Source: Pachysolen tannophilus NRRL Y-2460 (lineage: Eukaryota). Taken from it: 64,000 nt of DNA. A program made the position numbers and the translations under genes. The notes beneath the pieces are model-generated. The model saw only the letters and a list, made by a program, of their open reading frames with translations. It was not told the origin of the DNA and searched no databases. Below are positions 11,945-22,592 of this stretch, in pieces. The DNA lies in contig KV454011.1 in NCBI GenBank assembly GCA_001661245.1, positions 2,282,987 to 2,346,986 on the forward strand, in the 5' to 3' direction. Each line of letters starts with the position of its first letter. The first letter of the stretch is position 1.

Positions 11945-13861
11945 TTACTCGATATGTTCTGCTTCTCCCTTTTCTTCCCAAACCGTATTAGTAACAGCCA
12001 TTCTTTGGTGCTTATACAATGGTGGCAATGGTTCAACGTTCTTTCTTCTCAAGATATAAACTTTGAAGTTTCGAAGAATGTTTTTAGTTTGATAAAGAGC
12101 ATGTTCATAAGTTGGTATAGAAAAGACATCATCTAATTCTTCAAGAGTTAAACCTTTTGTCTCTGGTAAGAACCATAAAACTAAAAAGAATCCAACTATA
12201 TTCCATGCAGCGTACCAACCAAATCCACCTTGAGATTTGAAAGCAACTAACATTGATGGCCATGTTAAAGATAAGATAAAGTTAAAGAACCAACAAGTTG
12301 CTGTGGCAAATGACATACCAACATCTCTGACTGCTAATTGATGACATTCTGCAGAATAAGTGAAAGGAACAGGACCTTCTGAAAAGGAGTAAACAATTGA
12401 AAATAAGTAAATACCTAAAGAAATAACTCCGACTCTAGCACTTTTATGATCTTCTGGAATCCAAAAGGCAAAACCTGCCATTAATAAGAATCCAGACATG
12501 AGTGGGAATCCAAATAACAACAAATTACGACGACCAAATCTATCAATTGAGAAAACTGCTGGAAGTGCAAAGACAAAATTTACCATACCAAATCCCCAAG
12601 ATGCAATCATAGCATGAAGTGTTGAGAAATCTGAATCAACAAAGATAGAAGAAGAGTAATAAGCAATAACGTTAATACCACAGAATTGTTGCATAAACAT
12701 AACAATCCATGAACCTAAAGCTGCATTTCTATTTCTTCTAACTTTGAATAACTCTTTAACTTTTTGAAGATAAGATAATCCATAAGATTCTTCTTCTAAA
12801 AACAAAACGTATTGATAGAAACAATCTCTTGCAGCTTGAAGTTCATGATTTCTTAAAATTTTTAAAGAATTAAAGGCATCTTGGTGTCTATCTCTTCCCA
12901 TCAACCATCTTGGAGATTCTGGACATGGTGGAATTTGAGCACAACATAATACAGCAGGTATCATTGCACTTCCTAACATCAATCTCCAATTTAAGTCATC
13001 ACCAATACCTCTTCCAGGTACGTAGTAAAATGCTAATGATAAAGCATAACCAAACATAATACCAAATGCAGTCCACATTTGCCACATCATAACCAATGCA
13101 CCTCTAATTCTTGCAGGTGCACATTCTGCAGCATAAACAGGAATGGTTGCACTTTTAGGACCAATACCGAATCCCAAAAAAAAACGAGCAATGAATAAAT
13201 GCCACCAAGTATTAACAAAACCTTGCCAAAAACATGCAGCAGCAGAAATAAAACATGTAATGAAAATAGTCCATTTTCTACCAAAAGCTTTATTTAAAGG
13301 ATCTGCTAACCAACAAGAAATACAAGAACAAGCCAAATAAGGAGCAGAATTAACTAAACCTTCCAACCAAGTATCTCTTTGAGAATCAGAACCAATACCA
13401 AAATGGTCTGGCCAAAATAAATCTGCACCATTAATAACAGATTCATCCATACCTTGTACTGCAGCACCCATAGAACAAACAATTATTAAATACCACATCT
13501 TAAATGGTAACCTAAAAGGGTGCTCCCTTTCATGATGTAATGCTTCTTTTTCTTCTTGAGATAAAAATGGCATTCTATTGAAACCTATAGGATTTCTTGC
13601 AACAGCTGCGGCTTTAGCAAACAAATCTTGATCCATACCGTTTTTTCTAGCATAATTCCTACCCATATCCATAACTTGTTCTTCATTATATTGTGTTAAA
13701 ATGTTATCACGATCAAGTTCTTCATTACTATCAACATTCTCAGCTGATAATTTTTCATCATCTGTAGAACTATTTGAACCGTCTTCAAAGAAACCAGCCG
13801 CTTGTGGAGTTGCACTGGTTTCATCATCTTTTAAAGTTTTCAAATCTTTTTCGTCAGACAT
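11945..13861 (-). CDS. MFS sugar-porter family transporter (polyol/inositol/pentose-type, HGT19-like)
   Basis: GMDESVING, PVYAAECAPARIRG, PESPRWL, MQQFCGINVIAYYS, DRFGRR and PETKGLTLEELD motifs; start placed at MSDEK (13861); an in-frame upstream ATG also exists at 13879. Confidence 0.9.
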   Translation of the reverse strand: MSDEKDLKTLKDDETSATPQAAGFFEDGSNSSTDDEKLSAENVDSNEELDRDNILTQYNEEQVMDMGRNYARKNGMDQDLFAKAAAVARNPIGFNRMPFLSQEEKEALHHEREHPFRLPFKMWYLIIVCSMGAAVQGMDESVINGADLFWPDHFGIGSDSQRDTWLEGLVNSAPYLACSCISCWLADPLNKAFGRKWTIFITCFISAAACFWQGFVNTWWHLFIARFFLGFGIGPKSATIPVYAAECAPARIRGALVMMWQMWTAFGIMFGYALSLAFYYVPGRGIGDDLNWRLMLGSAMIPAVLCCAQIPPCPESPRWLMGRDRHQDAFNSLKILRNHELQAARDCFYQYVLFLEEESYGLSYLQKVKELFKVRRNRNAALGSWIVMFMQQFCGINVIAYYSSSIFVDSDFSTLHAMIASWGFGMVNFVFALPAVFSIDRFGRRNLLLFGFPLMSGFLLMAGFAFWIPEDHKSARVGVISLGIYLFSIVYSFSEGPVPFTYSAECHQLAVRDVGMSFATATCWFFNFILSLTWPSMLVAFKSQGGFGWYAAWNIVGFFLVLWFLPETKGLTLEELDDVFSIPTYEHALYQTKNILRNFKVYILRRKNVEPLPPLYKHQRMAVTNTVWEEKGEAEHIE

Positions 13862-16365
13862 TTTTTTTTTTTTTTGCAAAAAAAAGAATAAAACTTGGAA
13901 AAAGTAAAGAAACTAAAATGCAAAAAAGAAAAAAAAAAAAAAGACAGAGAGAAACGTCTCTATTTATGGACATAAAGAATCATCAAACATTGGCTTTTTT
14001 TTTTTTTTTTACTTTATTTAACTTTTTCACCACCATCATGTACATGTAGACAGTTGCAAAATTAGGCGTAAACGAAAAGATAATAAAATACGGGGAAACT
14101 GTACTTGATGAAAAAAAAAAATACTACGTCATGCATATTCCATTGATGATATGCATAAGAAATTGTTTGGTCATAAAAATTTTAACCTAGGTTACAAAAC
14201 AAATTTATTATTTATTTATTTATTATATTGTCTTTGAGTAATAATAGATTAGTTTTGGAGGGGCAAATTTTTGAAAACATGTCAATTTATGCAGCGGAAA
14301 AAAGTAAAACCGGGGATACTTACTCTACTTTATTCTTCCAAGATTTAATTGTGACAATACGGATACGGACTCCACTGTAAATCCTTGGACATTTGACCTA
14401 GAAGAGGAAAACAAAGAAAAGAAAAAAAGACAAACAAAAATAAACACATTACGTAATTTTGTCTATTCAAATGTCATATTTACTCTGACGTATATTTATC
14501 TCTCTATCTATTTACCGTGTCATATTTAAGTCATATTTGGGTCATAGTCACGGTAGGCAAATGTAAAGATTTAGTTAGGTAATAAATATTTTCTAAAGCT
14601 TACATAAAGAAAAAGTAAGATGACCAACCCTACCTTTTTCCAAAACTAGGGATAGATGGATAGATGGACGGCTTGACGACATATAACAGATAAATTCTCT
14701 TATTATACAAGTATTACCGAAAACAAATGTGTTTCTTTATTACTCTATTACTCTCTAGAACGAAAAAATAAAGAGTAAAAAAATGCAAAACAACAAGCGG
14801 CAGAGATCCGGAATTCCTAGATTGAACTTTAAATCGCCTCTCCCAAAACTTTTTTTTTTTTTTTTACATGTTAAAGAAATAAATCAAGAACGGGATTGGA
14901 TAACCAACCAGTACCAGTACCAGCAGTACCAAAGTTTAAAATGTCCTTTGATAACTTTGTGTTTAAATTAAAAGTAAAGTAATGCTGTCACATGCAAGAG
15001 CTAAAAATGGAAAGAAAGTAAAAAAAATTTTTTTTTTTCTTTGTTGTTCTTCTTCTTCTTTGTTAACGCAACTACTACTTCCAGCAAGCGCAGTTCCGTC
15101 ATATTTCTCTCTATGCCTATTATATATTATTATTTGCTTATACGTGGATTTGAAGTTGCGGTTTTCTCCCTTTTCCCTCCCCCCCAAAAAAAAACACCTA
15201 AAACTTTAGTTACAGCAAGTATGGTAAGATTATCGATGGGAAAAGTTCATCATTATTATTTGGTAAGACTTTGATGCAATGACTAGTGAGTGAGAGTGAG
15301 AGTGTGAATGTATGAGAATGTGTGAATGAATGGCGGTCGTTGAAGAAAGGTTGAAGAAAGTTTTTTTTTTTTTACTTCGAAGGAAAAAAAATTTATACGT
15401 ATATGAGGGGAGCAAAGGAGCAACCGCGTTAGGCACGGCCGAGATTTAGCCCTTCCCCCTCCTTTTCCTCGATTTCTTCCTGTATCTAACCCAAATACTA
15501 ATATACAAATAAAATTTAAAGTTAGGTACTAGAAGGGCTGAACAGTTTTTTTACTCCGAAAAACTGAATGGAATTTGCCCTTTTTCTTATCATCATTTGA
15601 AAGTCTTAATTCAATTATTAACTACTAGGGATTATTTTTTTATTTTTTTTTCTTTTTGCTTTTTCTTGGCTGAATCATTTTGCTCTTATTCTTAGATTTC
15701 AAAGGTATTATCCATTTTGTGTTGTAAGTAAGAAATTGATAACTAAGAGAACCCAACTAACTTCATATTGCTCTTGGTCTTGTACAAGAAGGGAAACCTG
15801 GGGTAAAATGTGGGTGGGATCAAGTTTTAAAGTTTATTTGATACTTTGTATGTACGTGACGTGACCTAAAAGAAAATTTGACTAAGCTTAAAAAATATTT
15901 TTTGGTATTATTTATTTAGCGGCTGAAATTGTAAACTGTTATTGAAGAACGGAATACCTTTTACCTTATGTCTTTTCTTTTACTTGTAGTTGAAAAAATA
16001 ACAAATTCGCTTAAAATTACACAATTGTACTGTAGCTCATCGATTTGTTCATTCAGCTCTATTGTTGTGTTGGAATTTGAAATGGAAGGTTTGGGGAAAC
16101 ATGGGGAACTTCTTGCAGGTAGAAAAGCGTTTGATTTAGAGATTTACAATAACAAATGATATAACAAGAATTGAAAAAAAATTTTTTTTTTTATTATTTA
16201 CTACTTACAAAGTTGGTTCAACCTATTAATTCATGATTTAGTTACGGTACCATCCCACTTATGAAACACATTTCTGAAACTTATATCTGATACCTGCTTC
16301 GGATACCCCTTTCCGTGTTTTTCCTCCCCCCCTTCCAACTATTTGCTGAAGTAATATTGATTCAA

Positions 16366-16383
16366 CTACTACTACTACTACTA
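16366..16383 (-). repeat. (TAG)6 microsatellite forming six tandem in-frame stop codons
   Basis: Plus-strand (cta)6 at 16366-16383, starting at the stop codon of ORF 16381..18240. Confidence 0.9.
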
Positions 16384-18240
16384 CTTGTTTGCCTTTAATT
16401 CCGATACTCTTGTATTCAAATCTTCCAAATTTTTCTTTGTAGTCTTTATTTGTTCAACTAGGTCTTTATTTAACCGTTCAATTTCATCATTTCTGTTATT
16501 ATTTTTATTTAATATTTCCAAACTTGAATCTATTGAAATTTGCTTTTTAATTAAATCATTTAATTCATTTTGTAACTTAATCTTTTCATTTTTCAAATTT
16601 TTGATTAAAGTTTCATTATTAAAAATTTCTTGATTTAACTGTTGATAATTATTTAAAATATCTTGATAATTTTTTTTAATTGTGGATTTTTTAGTTAATA
16701 ATTTTTCATTACTTTCTTTTAAAACTTTCACATTATGATTTGATTTAGCAGAAAATTTACAAGAAACTGATTCATTTTTATTAAGAACTTTTAATTCCTT
16801 TTTATAATTGTAAAAATTAATTATTATTTTTAAATTATAAAAAGATAAATCATCCAATGGTTTTAAAAATTCTTGTGTTTTGAAAAAATTGAAAATATCA
16901 GTTTTTAATAATTTTAAATTTTCTAAAATTTTGGATTCATTATATTTTATTAATTTCACAAATATTACAATTAAAATTTCAAAACCTTTTAATATAAAGC
17001 TATCGAGTAGTTTTAATGAAATTGAATCATCAGTTCTGTGGAAAAAATTAATCCAAAATTCCGAATCATTGAATAGAGTAATTAATTTATCATAAAAATC
17101 TTTAAATGGAACATATTCAAGAATTGAAAATAAAACTTTTAAACAATTATCCTCTAAAGCTCTTGATAATTGGAAATAAAATAATAAATTAGATGATTCT
17201 TTTGAAGGTGAAATTAAAGTATTAATCTGATAATTTAATGAAAGAGTAATATTGAAAATTTCATTATTGGTTATAATTTTATCATTTAAAACATCATTTT
17301 TTTGTAAAATTAATTTAATAAATTCTAAAATATATTGATGAGGTAAAACATTTTTCAAATTGATAAAATTTTTAATAATTTCCCTTTCATTTTCATTTTC
17401 CAATCCATTAATAAAATCATTATGATTTTCAAGCTTAACAATTTCTGTTTCTGTTTGGTATAATTCATCTTTAATTTCAACAGACTTCGATAAAGATAAA
17501 TAAACCACAAACCTTAACCTGTTATTTGACAACGAACTGAACTCTAAATTAATCTTATCATTGAAAAATTTCAAATCTTCGATATTGGCTACATCATTAT
17601 AATTCTTTATTAAATATTCCCAAAACCTTAAATCTACTTCTTTCTTTGCATCCTTTAATTCAATTCTTATTTGTTCAAATCTGTTATCTATAATCAAATC
17701 ATTATTTCTTTCAGTATCAATCAAATCTTCATTCTTTAAATATAAAAAATATAAATCCATCATCTTACAATGATTCGTTATTAAAAACCCATTTAAATCA
17801 TTAGCTACCAATAACCTATACGAAATTGGTACTATTTTCACATTCTTATGATTATGATGATGCTGATGCTGATGATTCGAACGATTAAAGGAACGCTGAC
17901 GTTGATGTGAATGAACTTTCTCTCCTTTATCTGTATTATGTAACCTAGAAGAATTTGGTGATCTTGGAGGTAATGGCGGTAACGATTTATCATCCTCATC
18001 CTCATCTCCATTTTTAACAACAATAGAATTCATCCCTGAAGAAACACTCTCATACGAAGGTAGCTGATTACTCTTATCCGAAACAGTAGCAGTATTTGAC
18101 CTGGGAGGCAATTCTGGTAATTTCTTAATAGGTGACGAAGTTACAATAGCTTCACCTTCCGAACCAATAATCGGTTCAATCGGTTCACTCAATTCATCAC
18201 CTAATTCACTTATATCATTTTTCACAGTTTCTTCAGTCAT
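16381..18240 (-). CDS. Gyp5/Gyl1-like protein: Pro-rich SH3 ligands, degenerate TBC (Rab-GAP) domain, C-terminal coiled coil
   Basis: LPELPPR and LPPLPPR motifs; VDLRFWEYLIKNY resembles the Gyp5 pre-TBC motif; LLDSFILKGFEILIVIFVKLIKYNE resembles the TBC C-terminal helix; long coiled coil. Confidence 0.55.
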   Translation of the reverse strand: MTEETVKNDISELGDELSEPIEPIIGSEGEAIVTSSPIKKLPELPPRSNTATVSDKSNQLPSYESVSSGMNSIVVKNGDEDEDDKSLPPLPPRSPNSSRLHNTDKGEKVHSHQRQRSFNRSNHQHQHHHNHKNVKIVPISYRLLVANDLNGFLITNHCKMMDLYFLYLKNEDLIDTERNNDLIIDNRFEQIRIELKDAKKEVDLRFWEYLIKNYNDVANIEDLKFFNDKINLEFSSLSNNRLRFVVYLSLSKSVEIKDELYQTETEIVKLENHNDFINGLENENEREIIKNFINLKNVLPHQYILEFIKLILQKNDVLNDKIITNNEIFNITLSLNYQINTLISPSKESSNLLFYFQLSRALEDNCLKVLFSILEYVPFKDFYDKLITLFNDSEFWINFFHRTDDSISLKLLDSFILKGFEILIVIFVKLIKYNESKILENLKLLKTDIFNFFKTQEFLKPLDDLSFYNLKIIINFYNYKKELKVLNKNESVSCKFSAKSNHNVKVLKESNEKLLTKKSTIKKNYQDILNNYQQLNQEIFNNETLIKNLKNEKIKLQNELNDLIKKQISIDSSLEILNKNNNRNDEIERLNKDLVEQIKTTKKNLEDLNTRVSELKANK

Positions 18241-18437
18241 TATAATTCCATACCATAAGAATCAATCAATTCCTTCTCTCAATTAAATTGATAACTTCCA
18301 GTTAATTGCTTTAATTAATATTTAATTTATGTTTTATTTGTCAATTTTAATAATTTCAACTTTTTTTTTATTTTTTTATTTTTTTTTATTTTTTATTTTT
18401 AAAACTGTATACAAATTATATATTTCTAATTAATTAA

Positions 18438-19832
18438 CTAACTATCTAAATTGACAAAGAAATCTTTCATGGAGTTAGCAATGCCTAATGGCAATCCGAA
18501 TATTGGGTCAATACTGTTCAATTGGTTTTCACTTTTTATTTCAATTATGTTTAAATTGTTTATAGTATTACAATTGTAACAATATGCAGCACTATCAATG
18601 GTACCTTTATCTAAGTTTGAATTAAAGAAATATTTGTGTTGAAGTATGCTTAAACCACACAAGACGTAATTTGTGTGATAGAAATCTACTGATTTCCCAG
18701 GTTTATCTCTTAGTCCACCAGATTCGTTTTCTAATTGACAACAATTTAAAATATAATTTTGTAAAGCTGCTCTTGAAATTAATTCTTTATTAACACCCTT
18801 TATTGTCATTTCCAAGAATGGTACTATAGAGCCTACCCAATGACTATAGCAACCATCTACCAACTTATTAGTTCTTCCACTAAGACCACCTTCTAGTTGA
18901 TATTGTCTCATACATGTCCATCTAATTAAAGAATCCAAATTACAATATTTGGGTAAAATCATAGATGGTTCACCCAAGATACAAAAAGAAGCCACTGCAC
19001 AAAAAGTATAACCACCATGAGCTTCATCTTGTGGAGTTCCTGCAAAACCTCCTTCAAAAGTTTGACATGAAGATAGCCAATTTGCAGTATTCTCTATTAA
19101 TTCTGGTGTTATGATGTTTAATAATGAAGCTACACAAAGTGTACAATAAACAGCTCTTGTATCTTTTTCTCCACCAATGGACATTATAAAAGATCCATCA
19201 GGTTGTTTTAAATGATTCATAATCCAATTATAAATGGACTTTCTATCAATTTTCAACCAACTCTCCTCATCTTCAGATAAAGCTAAAGAACATACAGAGG
19301 CATAAGTAGCAGCAATATGTCCCAATTGATTTAAACCACCTCCAATACCTCCAGTTTCAGTATTTACAAAAGATAAAACAGTGTTCGAAATTGCCCTCTT
19401 GGTTTCCAATGTTAAATCTTGATCCAACATTTTTATCGAGTTACAACACCAATAAATTAACCAAGGATGTGAAGCATCCAACACAGTATAACCTTCTGGA
19501 AGTGGACTGGATATTACATAATTTAAAAATTTTAAATGTGCTTTTTTCTTCAAAGTTGGTAATGGTTCACCTTTTTCTAATACTTTCTCATATATTTCCC
19601 TTACCAAATTCTCAGTATTATCCTGATCAATTGAAGTTTTAGTAACCAAAGAATCTTTTAAAACTGTTTCTTTATCCAACATCTCAATTAATGTATCAAA
19701 ATTGATTGATTTATAATTATCTTGAACAAAATTATCCCGCTCCATCATTGATATATCAGTTTTCCCTATTAGATTCAACAAGAAGTCCAACTTAGCAACG
19801 GAGGCAGCACCAGAAGTAGCACCATAAGCCAT
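18438..19832 (-). CDS. RAM1: Protein farnesyltransferase beta subunit
   Basis: LDASHPWLIYW, EAHGGYTFCA, GRTNKLVDGCYSHW, LRDKPGKSVDFYHTNY prenyltransferase motifs. Confidence 0.93.
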   Translation of the reverse strand: MAYGATSGAASVAKLDFLLNLIGKTDISMMERDNFVQDNYKSINFDTLIEMLDKETVLKDSLVTKTSIDQDNTENLVREIYEKVLEKGEPLPTLKKKAHLKFLNYVISSPLPEGYTVLDASHPWLIYWCCNSIKMLDQDLTLETKRAISNTVLSFVNTETGGIGGGLNQLGHIAATYASVCSLALSEDEESWLKIDRKSIYNWIMNHLKQPDGSFIMSIGGEKDTRAVYCTLCVASLLNIITPELIENTANWLSSCQTFEGGFAGTPQDEAHGGYTFCAVASFCILGEPSMILPKYCNLDSLIRWTCMRQYQLEGGLSGRTNKLVDGCYSHWVGSIVPFLEMTIKGVNKELISRAALQNYILNCCQLENESGGLRDKPGKSVDFYHTNYVLCGLSILQHKYFFNSNLDKGTIDSAAYCYNCNTINNLNIIEIKSENQLNSIDPIFGLPLGIANSMKDFFVNLDS

Positions 19833-20040
19833 CGAATTTCAAAACCTCTCTTTTTCTATTTCTTTCGTTCTTTCTATTTCTTTTAATAATGAAGTATTAA
19901 ACTCCTATTATCTTGACTGGATCAGGAAATAACCCGTTAAAAATACTAGCCGCAAACCGTTTTTCTACTTCATCATTTAGAAATGAACAGTTGACTTGAA
20001 CAAGGGCAGTTTGCTGGTAAGGACGGGAAATATAGTTATA

Positions 20041-22350
20041 ATGGAAGATGAGGGCAGAGTTGCAGTATTAGATCGGTGTCAAAGACTTTTAGAGCAAGTT
20101 TATTTTGAGTATTCTTTGAATAAATTGGAAAATTTACAAAAAAAATGTATTGATGTGATTAACTTGTTGAATATTCAATTGAAGACAATAGATAAGAATG
20201 ACAAAGATTTTCAATCTGTCAAGAGATTGTCCCAGCTTGGTCTTGATGTTTATGAATGCTTACAAACTAATGGTAAGCTTTTAAGTTTGGAGCAGAAGTT
20301 GCAATGGATAAGTTCAAAGATGAACCAACATTGTTTTCCTCCTGTTGGTTTATTTGATAAGATACATATAGATAGCAATGATTTGGGTTTTGAAGAAAAA
20401 AGTTTCCCAATTCCTTCAAATGTTAATGTTGAGAAATTTGAAAAAATTGGGAACTTAGTTTCGTCAAATGAATGGTCTAATGAAGGCTTAACTGGGTTAT
20501 ATCAAGACACTTTATCAAATTGTTCTTTTGTATCTGCCTTATTATCTATTAGTGGAAATGATAAGATTAATTTGATGGATTCGATACATCCACACAATTA
20601 CAAATCATCCAAGTTTGGAGTTGAGTTATTTGTAAATGGAACGAAAAGATTAGTTATAATAGATGATAAATTACCAATTTTGCAAAACGAAAATTCTTCA
20701 TTGTTTGTTAAATCACTTGATAATAATCAGCTTTATTGGCCTGCGATAATAGAGAAAGCTTACTTGAAAATCTTTAATAGAGGCTACGATCATCAAGGAT
20801 CAAATTTTGGTGTTGATGTTTATATGTTAACTGGTTGGCTATTGGATTACTATTACGCAAAAGATTTAAATAATTCTATCTTGAAGAATTTACAATATTT
20901 CCTCCGAAAGAAACAGATTTTGGTAGGTATAGGAACTGGGAACCTTACAAGGGAAGAATGTAATTTTTACAACTTGGTATCTAATCATGATTATAGTGTA
21001 CTTGATATTCTTGAAGAAGATGAAAATCAGTTTAAATTTATTATTAAAAATCCTTTAAACATCAATGGCCAACGACAAGATAGAATTTTAGAAATTAAAA
21101 ATTTTAATTTATTCACTATACTATACATTAATTGGAATCGTCAATTATTTAAAATTTCCAAATCAATTGAGTTTATGTGGAGTGATAGTCTATATGATGA
21201 TGACTTGTCATTTTATTATAATCAACAATTTACTGTCCAAAATAAATCTGAAAATCCTCATATTGAAATATGGCTAATATTGGAAAGAAGTTTGATGGAT
21301 GGGTCTCTTGAAGAAAATGGATATCTCAATATAAACATTTTTAAAACAAATGGTGAAAAATTATGGGATAGAGATTCCAATTGTCTTTTGAAAAGGGGAA
21401 TAGAAAATAATTCAAGATATTTTGCAACAAAGTTTAAATTAACAGAAAAATGTTGTACAGTTGTTGTTTCATATAACAAGTCTGAAAAGTTGAAAACACC
21501 ACGTTCTTTTAATTTACAAGCATTTAGTAATGATAATTTTTCAATTTGCAAATCAACAAATAGATTTACAAAACTAATTGAAATTAACAATGTATGGAAT
21601 GTTACAAATAGTTTTGGCAATTTTTCAAACAAAAATTATATCAGAAATCCTCAATATGAATTGATAATAAATAGTTGCAATGATGAAGAAATCCCAGTTG
21701 ATATCGGATTATTTTCAAATAAGTTACCATTGAACATTGATGTTTTTTTAACAGAGAAGAATGATTTTAATGGAGTCATAACATATAATCCCAAATTGCT
21801 TGTCAATATTGAAAATAACTCTAATGAATATAACGTTGCCAGAAAGATATTGCATGACTTGAAATTGAAAACTAATTTGAAATACGTTTTGGTAGTTTCA
21901 ACTTACGATCCTGGCATATTCTCTCCTTATACGTTAGCTTTAAATTACAATGAAACCAATGACTTGAAGTTGAACATTAACAAGGTAAATTCCCAATTGG
22001 GATTGTTCAATAAAAGCATCGAACTTGGTCAAGATGGTGATAATTCAATTAAAAAAATAACTTTGTCTTTTCCAAAAAATAATTCGTATTTAAAGCTAAG
22101 ATTTTATAATACAGACAGAAACTCAAACTCCACTTTTAATTACTCATTATCACAAGTTCATGAAAATAATAATCTAATCCGAGAGATCTCAATGGTCAAA
22201 ACTGAAAGTTATCACGGATCCTTTGCTGTAATTAAAAATTTGACCAAAGGGAAATACTTATTAGTAGTACAGAGGCTGGTCCCTGATGAGAAATGTAATA
22301 TAGAAATTGGATCCAATAATGAATTCAAAACCATTGGAACCGACACATAG
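20041..22350 (+). CDS. RIM13: Calpain-like protease of the Rim101/PacC pH pathway (PalB)
   Basis: Catalytic triad contexts QDTLSNCSFVSAL, NHDYSV, IKNP; WPAIIEKAYLK; calpain domain III NPQY motif; first ATG at 20041; possible frameshifted acidic tail to 22436. Confidence 0.85.
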   Translation: MEDEGRVAVLDRCQRLLEQVYFEYSLNKLENLQKKCIDVINLLNIQLKTIDKNDKDFQSVKRLSQLGLDVYECLQTNGKLLSLEQKLQWISSKMNQHCFPPVGLFDKIHIDSNDLGFEEKSFPIPSNVNVEKFEKIGNLVSSNEWSNEGLTGLYQDTLSNCSFVSALLSISGNDKINLMDSIHPHNYKSSKFGVELFVNGTKRLVIIDDKLPILQNENSSLFVKSLDNNQLYWPAIIEKAYLKIFNRGYDHQGSNFGVDVYMLTGWLLDYYYAKDLNNSILKNLQYFLRKKQILVGIGTGNLTREECNFYNLVSNHDYSVLDILEEDENQFKFIIKNPLNINGQRQDRILEIKNFNLFTILYINWNRQLFKISKSIEFMWSDSLYDDDLSFYYNQQFTVQNKSENPHIEIWLILERSLMDGSLEENGYLNINIFKTNGEKLWDRDSNCLLKRGIENNSRYFATKFKLTEKCCTVVVSYNKSEKLKTPRSFNLQAFSNDNFSICKSTNRFTKLIEINNVWNVTNSFGNFSNKNYIRNPQYELIINSCNDEEIPVDIGLFSNKLPLNIDVFLTEKNDFNGVITYNPKLLVNIENNSNEYNVARKILHDLKLKTNLKYVLVVSTYDPGIFSPYTLALNYNETNDLKLNINKVNSQLGLFNKSIELGQDGDNSIKKITLSFPKNNSYLKLRFYNTDRNSNSTFNYSLSQVHENNNLIREISMVKTESYHGSFAVIKNLTKGKYLLVVQRLVPDEKCNIEIGSNNEFKTIGTDT

Positions 22351-22592
22351 AATTCGATGAGAACGATAATGATACTGACGAAGAAGAAGAAGACGAAAAT
22401 GAAGCCGAAGATGAAGATGAAGATGAAGATGATTAAGACCGTTTCGCTGTATTTTAGACCTGCGTTACGCAAATGTGTATATAATCTGTTTTTACCGTTT
22501 GTTGAAAATTTACCTGTAATCAGTACTGTATTATATATAAATTAGAGATTGTAACAAATTGACGAGTTTATCTACTATATCTGGAGCCTAAG

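Noticed and set aside
14783..16159. Small ORFs in the transporter promoter region
   Set aside because: Poly-K/F low-complexity translations of A/T runs with no coding character
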